Origin: an uncultured bacterium
GTDB taxonomy: Bacteria > Actinomycetota > Acidimicrobiia > Spongiisociales > UBA5794
NCBI GenBank assembly: GCA_963801165.1
Contig: CAWDDT010000009.1
Span: forward strand, 224,001 to 288,000
Reading direction: 5' to 3'
DNA: 64,000 nt
The notes beneath the pieces were generated by a model. The model did not search any database, was not told the DNA's origin, and was given only the letters and a program-made list of their open reading frames with translations. Each line of letters opens with the position of its first letter. Within the stretch, counting starts at the first letter, position 1. A program made the translations under genes and the position numbers. Below, piece after piece: positions 31,466 through 39,817 of this stretch.

Positions 31466-32608
31466 CTATCTGAGAATCAGGATACCCGCGAGGGGTATTG
31501 CGACGAACACGGTGAGTGTGTACCCGAGGGCCACGGACTTCCGGTGCATAGCGACGTCGGCCAATCGGTCGGCGATGGCAACCGGCAGGTATCGGGTCTT
31601 CCGCCATGGGTAGATGAGGAGGATACCGAGCACGTTGAAGACCGTGTGGGTCACGGCAATCGTCAGCCCGTCGATCTGGCCGGTCCCCAGGGCAGCCAGC
31701 AACGCCGTGACGGTGGTACCCACGTTGGCGCCAAGAGTTATCGGGTAGGCGTTCCTCACGAGCAGGATGCCGGAGGCGACAAGCGGGATGAGGATCGAAG
31801 TCGTGATGCTGGACGATTGCACGGCGACAGTAACCAGCATCCCGACGACCATGCCCACCGTGCCGCTTCTCGACAGCGCAGCGTTGAGCGAGCGTTCGAC
31901 CCGCGCCGCCACCATGACACGCATGTTCTTGGTGATGAACGCGAGCGTGAGGAAGATCAGCGCGACGCCCGCTATCAGGAGCACAGTCGCCAGAAGCTTC
32001 TCGCTGCTGATCCAGCCGAACAGGTCGTCGATAAGACCGGCGCCCCACTTGACGGCGCCCTTGATGGGGCTGTCGAAGCTACCTCCGCCAACGCCGCCGG
32101 CGATGGTCTCGGTGATGAACCTGGCGAGACCGGAGATCGCATGCGTGAGGATCTCGATGGGGAGAAGCACCGCCACGGATATCAGGTTGAAGAAGTCGTG
32201 CATCGTGGCAGCGGTGAACGCTCGCTTGAACTCCTCGGAGCGGCGCATGTGGGCCAGAGACACAATCGTGTTGGTGACGGTGGTCCCGATGTTGGCACCC
32301 ATCACCATGGGGACCGCATGCTGGACGGACAGCACGCCGGTGCCGACCAGCCCGACGATCGTCGACGTAGTCACCGATGACGACTGGACGAGGACGGTCG
32401 CCAGGATCCCGACGAACAGACCGGCCAGCGGGTTGGAGACGCCCCGAAACAGCGTGTCGGTGAAACTCGATCCGAGTCCCTCGATCCCGTTCTCGAGCAG
32501 CTTGACCCCGACGAGGAAGAAGTAGAGAAGCGTAAGGACCAGGATGCCCCGCACCGGGGACGGCAACCGGTGCCGGCTCGTACCGACGCCCGGTGTCTGG
32601 CTTTCCAC
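31466..32608 (-). CDS. Na+/Pi cotransporter (NptA type)
   Basis: Two QSSS..TS and GAN.GTTVT repeats. Confidence 0.92.
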   Translation of the reverse strand: MESQTPGVGTSRHRLPSPVRGILVLTLLYFFLVGVKLLENGIEGLGSSFTDTLFRGVSNPLAGLFVGILATVLVQSSSVTTSTIVGLVGTGVLSVQHAVPMVMGANIGTTVTNTIVSLAHMRRSEEFKRAFTAATMHDFFNLISVAVLLPIEILTHAISGLARFITETIAGGVGGGSFDSPIKGAVKWGAGLIDDLFGWISSEKLLATVLLIAGVALIFLTLAFITKNMRVMVAARVERSLNAALSRSGTVGMVVGMLVTVAVQSSSITTSILIPLVASGILLVRNAYPITLGANVGTTVTALLAALGTGQIDGLTIAVTHTVFNVLGILLIYPWRKTRYLPVAIADRLADVAMHRKSVALGYTLTVFVAIPLAGILILR

Positions 32609-32804
32609 TACTGCTCCTCCAGTAGCCGGCCGCTGTTCCCGAGCGGCCGCCGCAGAGATACTGGCCGAGCCAGGGCACGTTCTGCAAGTCGACTTCGATA
32701 GGTTTGTGGGAGACTTCGCTTGTCCGGCGGGAAAGGTGGCAGTCTGACGCCGGGAGACTCCGCCGAATGAGTGACGGCGGACAAGCTAACCCGAGGGAGC
32801 CCCC

Positions 32805-34181
32805 ATGCCGCACCGCAGCATCATCGAACCGTTCCGTATCAAGTCCGTCCAGGCCATCGATCTGCCATCCGCCGAGGAGCGAGAGCGGGCGCTGCAACGT
32901 GCCGGCTACAACCTGTTCGGTCTGCACGCCGATGAGGTCGTCATCGACCTGTTGACCGACAGCGGCACCGGCGCCATGTCGTCGCGGCAGTGGGCGGGAA
33001 TGATGCTCGGCGACGAGTCGTATGCCGGGGGTCGCTCGTTCTTCAAGTTCGAGAAGGCGGTCCGGGAGATCACAGGCTACGAGCACGTCATTCCGACACA
33101 TCAGGGGCGCGCTGCCGAGCGCATCCTATTTGCCAACGCCGTCGGCGCGGGCGATGTCGTTCCATCGAACACCCATTTCGACACGACGCGTGCCAACATC
33201 GAGTACCAGGGGGCAGAGGCACGCGACCTGGTCATTGCGGAAGGTCGGGACCCGTCTGTGGTCCTTCCCTTCAAGGGCAACGTGGACATCGACGCGCTAC
33301 AGGCAACCATTGCCGAGGTTGGTGCGGAGCGGATCCCCATGGTGATGGTGACGGTCACCAACAACTCGGGTGGTGGCCAGCCGGTGTCGATCGCAAACCT
33401 GCGGGCCGTGCGTGCGGTGTGCGACGAGCACGGGCTGCCGTTCATCCTCGATGCGTGCCGGTTTGCCGAAAATGCCTGGTTCATCAAGCTGCGCGAGAAG
33501 GGCTACGCCGACAAGACACCGCGGGAGATCGCCGGAGAGATGTTCTCGCTCGCCGACGGGTGCACCATGTCGGCCAAGAAGGATGGCCTGGCCAACATCG
33601 GGGGGTTCCTCGCTCTCAATGACCCGGCACTCGCGGTCAAGTGCCGCAACCTGCTGATCCTCACTGAGGGTTTCCCGACGTACGGTGGTCTGGCCGGCTA
33701 CGACCTCGAGGCGATCGCGGTCGGTCTCAATGAAGTGCTCGACGAGAACTATCTCCGCTACCGGATCCGGTCGACCGAGTACCTGGCTGAGAAAGTCTAT
33801 GCCGCAGGGGTGCCCATCGTCCGGCCCGCGGGAGGACACGCGGTGTACCTCGACGCCAAGGCGCTGCTCCCCCACATTCCCGCCCACCAGTACCCGGCGC
33901 AGGCCCTGGCTATCGAGCTCTATCGCAACGGAGGGGTGCGTGGCGTCGAGATCGGGTCTGTGATGTTCGGCAAACCGCAGCCCGACGGCACCGACACTGC
34001 GGCGCCGATGGAGCTCGTTCGTCTGGCGATACCTCGCCGCACCTACACCCAGAGCCATATCGACTTCGTCGCCGAGGTGATTATCGACGTGGCGTTGGGC
34101 GGGTCGGACATCAAGGGTTACCGGATCGTCGAGCAGGCGCCGTGGCTGCGTCACTTCACGGCACGCTTCGAACCCATGTAA
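32805..34181 (+). CDS. tnaA: Tryptophanase (beta-eliminating lyase)
   Basis: DLLTDSGT, HQGRAAE, MSAKKDG; LRHFTA (His) favours tryptophanase over tyrosine phenol-lyase (LRFFTA). Confidence 0.85.
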   Translation: MPHRSIIEPFRIKSVQAIDLPSAEERERALQRAGYNLFGLHADEVVIDLLTDSGTGAMSSRQWAGMMLGDESYAGGRSFFKFEKAVREITGYEHVIPTHQGRAAERILFANAVGAGDVVPSNTHFDTTRANIEYQGAEARDLVIAEGRDPSVVLPFKGNVDIDALQATIAEVGAERIPMVMVTVTNNSGGGQPVSIANLRAVRAVCDEHGLPFILDACRFAENAWFIKLREKGYADKTPREIAGEMFSLADGCTMSAKKDGLANIGGFLALNDPALAVKCRNLLILTEGFPTYGGLAGYDLEAIAVGLNEVLDENYLRYRIRSTEYLAEKVYAAGVPIVRPAGGHAVYLDAKALLPHIPAHQYPAQALAIELYRNGGVRGVEIGSVMFGKPQPDGTDTAAPMELVRLAIPRRTYTQSHIDFVAEVIIDVALGGSDIKGYRIVEQAPWLRHFTARFEPM

Positions 34182-34238
34182 TCCCTCAAGAACCCGGGGA
34201 AACCGGCCGATTTCTTCAACCGACACAGGAAGGATCGG

Positions 34239-37205
34239 TTGAAGGCACCTCGCACCGTTGTGACGCTCGCGCTGGCGTTGTTGCTGGCTCTCACCGCGTG
34301 CGCTCAGGGTGACCCGGCGGTGGACTACTCAGATGGCTACGAGTACCCCGCCGAGCTGGTCGCAGCCGGTCAGGTCGCCGCCATGGCGCAAGCCACCACA
34401 ACAACGACAGTCCCGTCGCTGAGCGAACCCGCTGACGATGCCTCGCCACCGCTCGTCTGGGCGGCTCAGCAGGCGCTCCTCGCCCCGGACCCACTTCCGC
34501 TTCCTTCGTCCGTGCTACTGCCCGAAGTAGGCCGGCTGGAGCCCTTCGTCGTCACCGCCGACGGGCAGAGACGGCTCTTGCGCGAGGTCAGCGTCACGGT
34601 TTCATACGATTCCGACACCGGAGTGGTCGTTGATCCGGCCGGCTGGTGGGTCGTCAACTATCCGCTGCAACGCATCCGCGGGACCGACGGTCTCGATATC
34701 GATCAGATAGCCGAGACGCTGACCGGTCGTCCCGCCGCCGACCTCACCAACTACTATTTCTACACCGCACCGGCCCGCGGTGAATCGCCGGCAGCGCTCG
34801 CACCGGCCACCGGTCCGGCACCGATCAAGGTCACCCCGGGCCCCGATCTCGTGGTCAACAACCAGGATCCCGAGGCGTCGGATGACAACAGCGGCTCGCC
34901 GGCCCACCCGCTGCGCACCATCTCCGCCGCCGTCGAGCGGGCCCAACCCGGCACGGTCATCCACGTCTACCCCGGCGTGTATCGAGAAAGTGTTGTCGAA
35001 ACGGTCGACGGTTCCGCCAGTTCGCCTATCAAGATCGAAGGGATCAGGGGCGCCTCGGGCGCAATGCCGGTCATCACCGGCAATGATCCGTTCCCGGTCG
35101 GAGCGTGGCGCCCGGCAGAGGGTTTGTCCGGGGTCTACGAGGCGACGGCATTCACCGACATGTCCGGCTCGCTCACGGTCGACGGGCAAGCTCTCGTCGA
35201 GCGCGGCGCACCCTGGGATCTGCAACCCGGCGAGTACGTGGTGAGCGGGGGAGGAGACGCCTACGTCGACCCGCGCTTTGATGGTGACTTCAACGCCCGC
35301 GAGGGTGCGATCTACGATTTCGGCTCTAGCCAGTACATCTGGCAGCGCAAGGCGGCCGATGGCGGTGGGTTCGTCGACCTCGGCTCGGAATTCGGGGACG
35401 GCTTTGGCGGTGGGGTCTACTGGGGATCTGCCTGGGTATACGTGACCAAGCCATCCGATGTGTCTGACTATGAGTGGTACACCAGCCGGTCTGGCTACGA
35501 CCTGCAGGTGTCGGGCCCGTTCCGAGCCGGCGGAATCGGCGGCGGGAGCCTCACGGACCAGCCCTACGCGTACCGGGTGTGGCTAGACGGCGAGTTGCTC
35601 GATTCGCACATCTATGCCACCAGCGACAACGGCGAGGCCGACCTGCCGCATCCCGAGATCGGGCTCGGCGACTACGGCGAGACCTGGCACGGTGTTGTCA
35701 TGCAGCAGGGTTGGCACCATCTCATGTTCCAGTGGGACACGACTACGGCGAGTGGCACCGCGGGGAAGACGCCGTCGTTCCGGTTTGGAATTCCCGAGGT
35801 CGTCGGCGCTGCGGTCACGTCCGCATCCCGGCCTACCAGTAGCGGGCGCGGTGTGGGCGGGACCGCGCAGAATTTCGTATCCGAATACATGGTTCTCGGC
35901 CCGGTTCCGTCCGCCTTCGACCCCACCGTGTTCGTACGGCTTCCCGATGGAGCCGATCCGAACGAGGCAAGTCTCGGCCTCGCGGCCCGCTCTGGACCCG
36001 TTGTCTCGATCCTCGGCGATTTTGTGGAGTTGCACGGTTTCGAGGTGCGCGGGGGTACTCAGCACGAGGGCGAGGCGCTCATCAGCATCGGTAGTCGGGG
36101 CGAGAATCCCGCAGAGGATGTGTACGCCCACGGTGTCGTCATCGAGGGCAACTACGTGAGGGGCAGCGAGCACACCGGCATTGGCGCCGTTGTTTCGGGT
36201 GATATGGGGGTCGCCCCCATCGAGATCAGCAACAACTGGGTGGTCGACGCAGGCGCCGTAGGGATCGGTGTCTCCGGGATGAGCGTGCGGCTCACCGCAG
36301 ATACGCTCAACGACTGGGCTCCTGGCCGCACCCGGGTATCGGTGGAGTCGAACACCATCGTCAACGCGGGATGGGCCGGCTACAACCGGGTGACCGACGT
36401 CTCATCAATTCTGTTCGACAAGATGACCGGCAGCACGATCGCCCATAACACCATCACCGGCGGCGGGCCGGGAATCACACTCCGCGGCGAGAACTACGGC
36501 ATCCGGGTCGATGGCAACACCATCACCGACCCCTATGCGTGGGGGATCGGCATCGAGGCCAACCCGGGCCCCAACCTCATCGCCAACAACCTCATCAGCG
36601 GATTGCGGATCGGACCCGACTGGATGAAGGCTGCAATATTGACCTGGGATTCGGACCAGACGTGGATCATCAACAACACCGTCGACGGTCTGTGGAGCAC
36701 CGAGACCGGGTGGTTCGGTGACGTTGGCACCTGGGGCGGCGGTGGCCCGGAGAACTTCGAGAGGATTGACTATCCGACCTGGCATTTTCACACCTTCCGC
36801 CGTACCTACGTCAACAACCTCATGGTGGGTAACTGGCTCGGCGGCATCGAGGACTATCAGGGTGACTGGGGTGATTCCGACACCTTCACAGCCAACTATC
36901 GCGAGGTGCCCAAACCCGACCCGTTCGACTACCTCGCCGACGCGGCCGAACCCGCGGACGTCCGCTACGACTTCGTCGATCGCGATGGCGGCGACTACCG
37001 GCTCGAGATCTCGTCCGAGCTGAACACGATGGGCGCGGTCAACCTGACCTCTCGTGTGGCCACCCTCGATCTGCTCGGGCTGCCCCGGTTCCTCAGCGAC
37101 AGCACGTCGGTCGGCGCCTACCGTGCCGCCCCCGACGTCCCCGCCGGCACCACCGTAATCGAAGCCCTGTTCACCAACGGCAGCGCCATGAGGCTGGAAG
37201 GCTGA
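34239..37205 (+). CDS. Large lipoprotein with right-handed parallel beta-helix (DUF1565/pectate lyase-like)
   Basis: Lipobox LTAC; D.N.GS...PLRTI.AA...AQPG..I.V.PG.YRE; repeated I..N.I beta-helix turns. Confidence 0.75.
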   Translation: MKAPRTVVTLALALLLALTACAQGDPAVDYSDGYEYPAELVAAGQVAAMAQATTTTTVPSLSEPADDASPPLVWAAQQALLAPDPLPLPSSVLLPEVGRLEPFVVTADGQRRLLREVSVTVSYDSDTGVVVDPAGWWVVNYPLQRIRGTDGLDIDQIAETLTGRPAADLTNYYFYTAPARGESPAALAPATGPAPIKVTPGPDLVVNNQDPEASDDNSGSPAHPLRTISAAVERAQPGTVIHVYPGVYRESVVETVDGSASSPIKIEGIRGASGAMPVITGNDPFPVGAWRPAEGLSGVYEATAFTDMSGSLTVDGQALVERGAPWDLQPGEYVVSGGGDAYVDPRFDGDFNAREGAIYDFGSSQYIWQRKAADGGGFVDLGSEFGDGFGGGVYWGSAWVYVTKPSDVSDYEWYTSRSGYDLQVSGPFRAGGIGGGSLTDQPYAYRVWLDGELLDSHIYATSDNGEADLPHPEIGLGDYGETWHGVVMQQGWHHLMFQWDTTTASGTAGKTPSFRFGIPEVVGAAVTSASRPTSSGRGVGGTAQNFVSEYMVLGPVPSAFDPTVFVRLPDGADPNEASLGLAARSGPVVSILGDFVELHGFEVRGGTQHEGEALISIGSRGENPAEDVYAHGVVIEGNYVRGSEHTGIGAVVSGDMGVAPIEISNNWVVDAGAVGIGVSGMSVRLTADTLNDWAPGRTRVSVESNTIVNAGWAGYNRVTDVSSILFDKMTGSTIAHNTITGGGPGITLRGENYGIRVDGNTITDPYAWGIGIEANPGPNLIANNLISGLRIGPDWMKAAILTWDSDQTWIINNTVDGLWSTETGWFGDVGTWGGGGPENFERIDYPTWHFHTFRRTYVNNLMVGNWLGGIEDYQGDWGDSDTFTANYREVPKPDPFDYLADAAEPADVRYDFVDRDGGDYRLEISSELNTMGAVNLTSRVATLDLLGLPRFLSDSTSVGAYRAAPDVPAGTTVIEALFTNGSAMRLEG

Positions 37206-37214
37206 AGTCCAATC

Positions 37215-38039
37215 TCAGTTGAGGCCGCGGCTGTCTTGTTTGAGAGCGGTGTCGACCGAGAGCGCTGAGGCGATGACCAGCGAGCGGAGGGGCTCGTCGA
37301 GCGTGCGGTGGAGTTGGAGGACGTAGTTGTCGGCGGTGGTGAACATGGTCTTGGCCAGGCCTTCCCACGTCTTGGTGATCCTGGCTACCTCGCTGCCGGT
37401 GCGGTCCTGGATACTGAAGTTCCACGCCCGCCAGTTCTCCGCCTTGATGGCTCCCACCGTGGTTCCGCCGGCTTGGAGAGCGAAGTTGATCTTGCCGAAC
37501 ACATTCTGCTGAACGATCGAACCGACGGGGCGCCCGGCGCCGTCGGACACCTCGACCCGTGATTTGACCAGCTTGGCGGGGCGAGTGACGGTGAGGAGGA
37601 CCGACCCGTGCATGTCGACGATCTGGAACTTGTGGGTGAGGAATTGGTCGACGCTGGTGAGGACCCGCAGCGCCTTCTTCGCCGCACTCTGACCGACCTC
37701 GCGGATGGCACCGATCTGGTTGCCGTTCTGGTCGTACACCGCGTACTCAGTATTGACCTCTATCAGCTTGGCCTTCTGGTTGACCACCAGGATCGGCTCG
37801 GTGAGGATCGTGCCACCGCCTGCCGGTGCCCCCGACAGACCGGCCTGCCGGCTCACCTGGTCCTGTACCCTGGCATTGCTCTGCTCCCCCACCGGAACTT
37901 GGGACCCGGCGGTGGCGGAGTCGTTGCGCTCCACGTTGCCGTCCATGACCCGATCGGTCCAGGTGGCGCCGTCCCAGTATCGTTTCTCGTGTCTGCCCGA
38001 TGGATCGGGATACCAGTTGGCTGCGGGTTGCTCGCTCAT
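37215..38039 (-). CDS. DUF2510 plus scramblase/LURP-one-like protein
   Basis: A.WYPDPSG....RYWDG..WT; VVNQKAKLIE, AENWRAWNF; TAGCCT-N7-ATG at 38039. Confidence 0.85.
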   Translation of the reverse strand: MSEQPAANWYPDPSGRHEKRYWDGATWTDRVMDGNVERNDSATAGSQVPVGEQSNARVQDQVSRQAGLSGAPAGGGTILTEPILVVNQKAKLIEVNTEYAVYDQNGNQIGAIREVGQSAAKKALRVLTSVDQFLTHKFQIVDMHGSVLLTVTRPAKLVKSRVEVSDGAGRPVGSIVQQNVFGKINFALQAGGTTVGAIKAENWRAWNFSIQDRTGSEVARITKTWEGLAKTMFTTADNYVLQLHRTLDEPLRSLVIASALSVDTALKQDSRGLN

Positions 38040-38055
38040 GGCGATGAGGCTACAC

Positions 38056-38106
38056 GCCCGCGGGCCGCACCCGACGGCATCGTGTCGGTGCAGCCCGCGA
38101 ACGGGC
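38056..38106 (-). terminator. GC-rich hairpin ending the micro-ORF unit
   Basis: GCGGGCTGCACCGAC...GTCGGGTGCGGCCCGC stem; no U-tract. Confidence 0.4.
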
Positions 38107-38145
38107 GGTAGCGGTCTCGTGGCCCCGATCAGGGTCCCGCAAACA

Positions 38146-38190
38146 TCACTTGCGGTTGCCAATCGGTCCCGTGAGAGAGAACATGTTCAT
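38146..38190 (-). CDS. 14-aa micro-ORF MNMFSLTGPIGNRK
   Basis: Strong RBS AGAAAGGAG 7 nt before the ATG. Confidence 0.45.
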   Translation of the reverse strand: MNMFSLTGPIGNRK

Positions 38191-38248
38191 CTCTGTGCTC
38201 CTTTCTGTTCTTCCCCCGTCGAGGGGGTGTTGTCCTGCCGGCGATAGG

Positions 38249-38392
38249 TCATCGGACCCTGATCGCGGCGACAGCTTCGTTCATGCGCGCAATGTGCCGT
38301 GCGTCGGCGTCCTCGACCCAGCGCGGATTGCGACCGAGATCGACGCCGTGCCGTGCCAGCACGTTGCTGATGCGGGCGATAGGTGTCTGCAC
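38249..38392 (-). CDS. 47-aa small protein (V/M)QTPIARISNVLARHGVDLGRNPRWVEDADARHIARMNEAVAAIRVR
   Basis: RBS GAAAGGAG before GTG 38392; GC3-biased codons. Confidence 0.6.
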   Translation of the reverse strand: MQTPIARISNVLARHGVDLGRNPRWVEDADARHIARMNEAVAAIRVR

Positions 38393-38417
38393 CGTCCCTC
38401 TCCTTTCATGTTGTTGC

Positions 38418-38495
38418 GACGGAAGCTGCCGGGATCTGCAGGCTGCGATGGGCCGTGTATGTGTGCAGGCCACAGGTCCCGGCGGCTTTGCCGTC
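38418..38495 (-). ncRNA. Long irregular RNA hairpin
   Basis: Nested pairings GACGG/CCGTC, GCCGGGA/TCCCGGC, CTG/CAG, CTGC/GCAG. Confidence 0.45.
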
Positions 38496-38524
38496 TGTAC
38501 GTACTCGCCGAAGGCGACTACGCG

Positions 38525-38574
38525 TGGAGCGGGGAGGATTCGAACCTCCAGGGAACCCCCAATGGGCCCGCCCC
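38525..38574 (-). ncRNA. tRNA-Ala-like mini-RNA lacking a normal anticodon arm
   Basis: GGGGCGG/CCGCTCC-A acceptor with G3-U70 and A73; perfect T-arm GGAGG-TTCGAAT-CCTCC; only 18 nt between acceptor and T-arm. Confidence 0.6.
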
Positions 38575-38595
38575 GGGTGTCTGGAGGGGCGGGCC

Positions 38596-38623
38596 AAAGA
38601 AGAAAGCCGCCCCTGGGGCGGCT
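38596..38623 (-). terminator. Intrinsic terminator of the leader attenuator
   Basis: AGCCGCCC-CAG-GGGCGGCT followed by TTCTTCTTT. Confidence 0.75.
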
Positions 38624-38653
38624 CCTCGTGAACGATATGGTGGGTCGACGTCT

Positions 38654-38782
38654 CTAGATAGTCGTCGCCCCGGTGTTCCGAGGAGCCTTGCTGATGACAG
38701 CAGCGCCCGTAGCGCTGCCTCCGCCGCGACGCGGAGACACGAGGTTGCTGTGCCGGACAGCGGTGAAGTTGGTGATCATCAT
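38654..38782 (-). CDS. 42-aa leader peptide MMITNFTAVRHSNLVSPRRGGGSATGAAVISKAPRNTGATTI
   Basis: RBS GAGGAGAAAGGAG; carries the antiterminator strand GGCTCCTCGGAAC (38687-38675); stop is 30 nt before the terminator. Confidence 0.7.
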   Translation of the reverse strand: MMITNFTAVRHSNLVSPRRGGGSATGAAVISKAPRNTGATTI

Positions 38783-38857
38783 GCGTGTCTCCTTTCTCCT
38801 CGAAACCTGAAACCAAAACGCCGCAACGCCCCCGAAGGGGTGTCACGGCCTGGACGT

Positions 38858-38886
38858 AATCTCGCATACATGTATGCCCGTGTCAA
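38858..38886 (-). promoter_or_regulatory. Sigma70 promoter with a palindromic operator in the spacer
   Basis: TTGACA-17 nt-GAGATT; spacer contains perfect palindrome GCATACATGTATGC (38864-38877). Confidence 0.7.
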
Positions 38887-38940
38887 GGCATTTGTTGGAT
38901 TCGGGACGAGATCCCGGGCTCCAGGAGGTAGCCTCGACAC

Positions 38941-39702
38941 ATGTTGACTTTCGATTCGTACCTCGCCCACTTCGACGCAGACGCCCATTTACTCGCTGCC
39001 GCCGCAGCCAGGGGGCTCGACCCCGATGTGCCCGGGTGCCCCGAGTGGACGGTGCGTGATCTGGTGATTCACACCGCCGACGTGCACTGTCACAAAGCCG
39101 ACATCATCACCGGAGCCTGGATCGACCAGTCGCCGCCGCATCGGGGTCTCCCCGAGGGAGCCGCCCCGCTCGACTGGTACCGGGAGGAGGCGGTCCGTCT
39201 CTACAAGATCCTCGAGAAGGCAGATCCTGCGCTGCCGTCGTACACGTTCGGGCCGGACAAGACCGTCGGGTTCTGGTACCGGCGGATGGCGCAGGAGACC
39301 GTCGTCCACCGCGTCGATGCCGAGCAGGCGCACGGCTACGAGAGCGCCATCGATCCTGAGCTAGCCGTCGACGGGGTCGCCGAGTTGTTCGAGGTGTTCC
39401 TCACCCGTCGCCCCGTCTGGGCTCAGTTCCGTCCCGGCGAGGACGTGATCTGCATCGAGACCGCCGACCAGACCTGGGCGGCGCGGCTCGGGAGGTTCGT
39501 CGGCTCCCGGAAAGGCGTCGACTACGCCGATCGCACCATGATGCTCGAACCGGACGCCGAGCCACAGGCGACGATCGGCGGTGAGCCCGATAGGGTGTTC
39601 CTGTGGATTTGGGGTAGGGCTCCGATCGACGATGTGACAGTCACCGGCGATCCCGGCGTGGTCGAGCGGTTCCGGGCAACGTGCGCCCGGCGTCTGCTCT
39701 AG
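38941..39702 (+). CDS. Mycothiol-dependent maleylpyruvate isomerase family (MDMPI) protein
   Basis: VPGCPEWTVRDLV.H, RRMAQET.VHR.D, DGV.EL; TAGCCT-N6-ATG. Confidence 0.88.
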   Translation: MLTFDSYLAHFDADAHLLAAAAARGLDPDVPGCPEWTVRDLVIHTADVHCHKADIITGAWIDQSPPHRGLPEGAAPLDWYREEAVRLYKILEKADPALPSYTFGPDKTVGFWYRRMAQETVVHRVDAEQAHGYESAIDPELAVDGVAELFEVFLTRRPVWAQFRPGEDVICIETADQTWAARLGRFVGSRKGVDYADRTMMLEPDAEPQATIGGEPDRVFLWIWGRAPIDDVTVTGDPGVVERFRATCARRLL

Positions 39703-39803
39703 GAGGGTGCTGTTTTGATCGCCGTGAAGCGTCGCAGGTCTGACGCATTACCGTTGTGGACCACGCGTTGAGCCTGAACTGGAATTGTTCAGCACACTCC
39801 TAG
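39699..39803. mobile_element. MITE-like element (about 97 bp) with terminal inverted repeats, flanked by CTAG
   Basis: CTAG-GAGGGTGCTG...CAGCACACTC-CTAG (13/14 inverted match including CTAG). Confidence 0.6.
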
Positions 39804-39817
39804 CGCTCGATGGCTGC

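Noticed and set aside
38525-38625. Canonical tRNA or tmRNA gene
   Set aside because: No D-stem or 5-bp/7-nt anticodon arm; too short for tmRNA, with no tag ORF or pseudoknots between the acceptor strands
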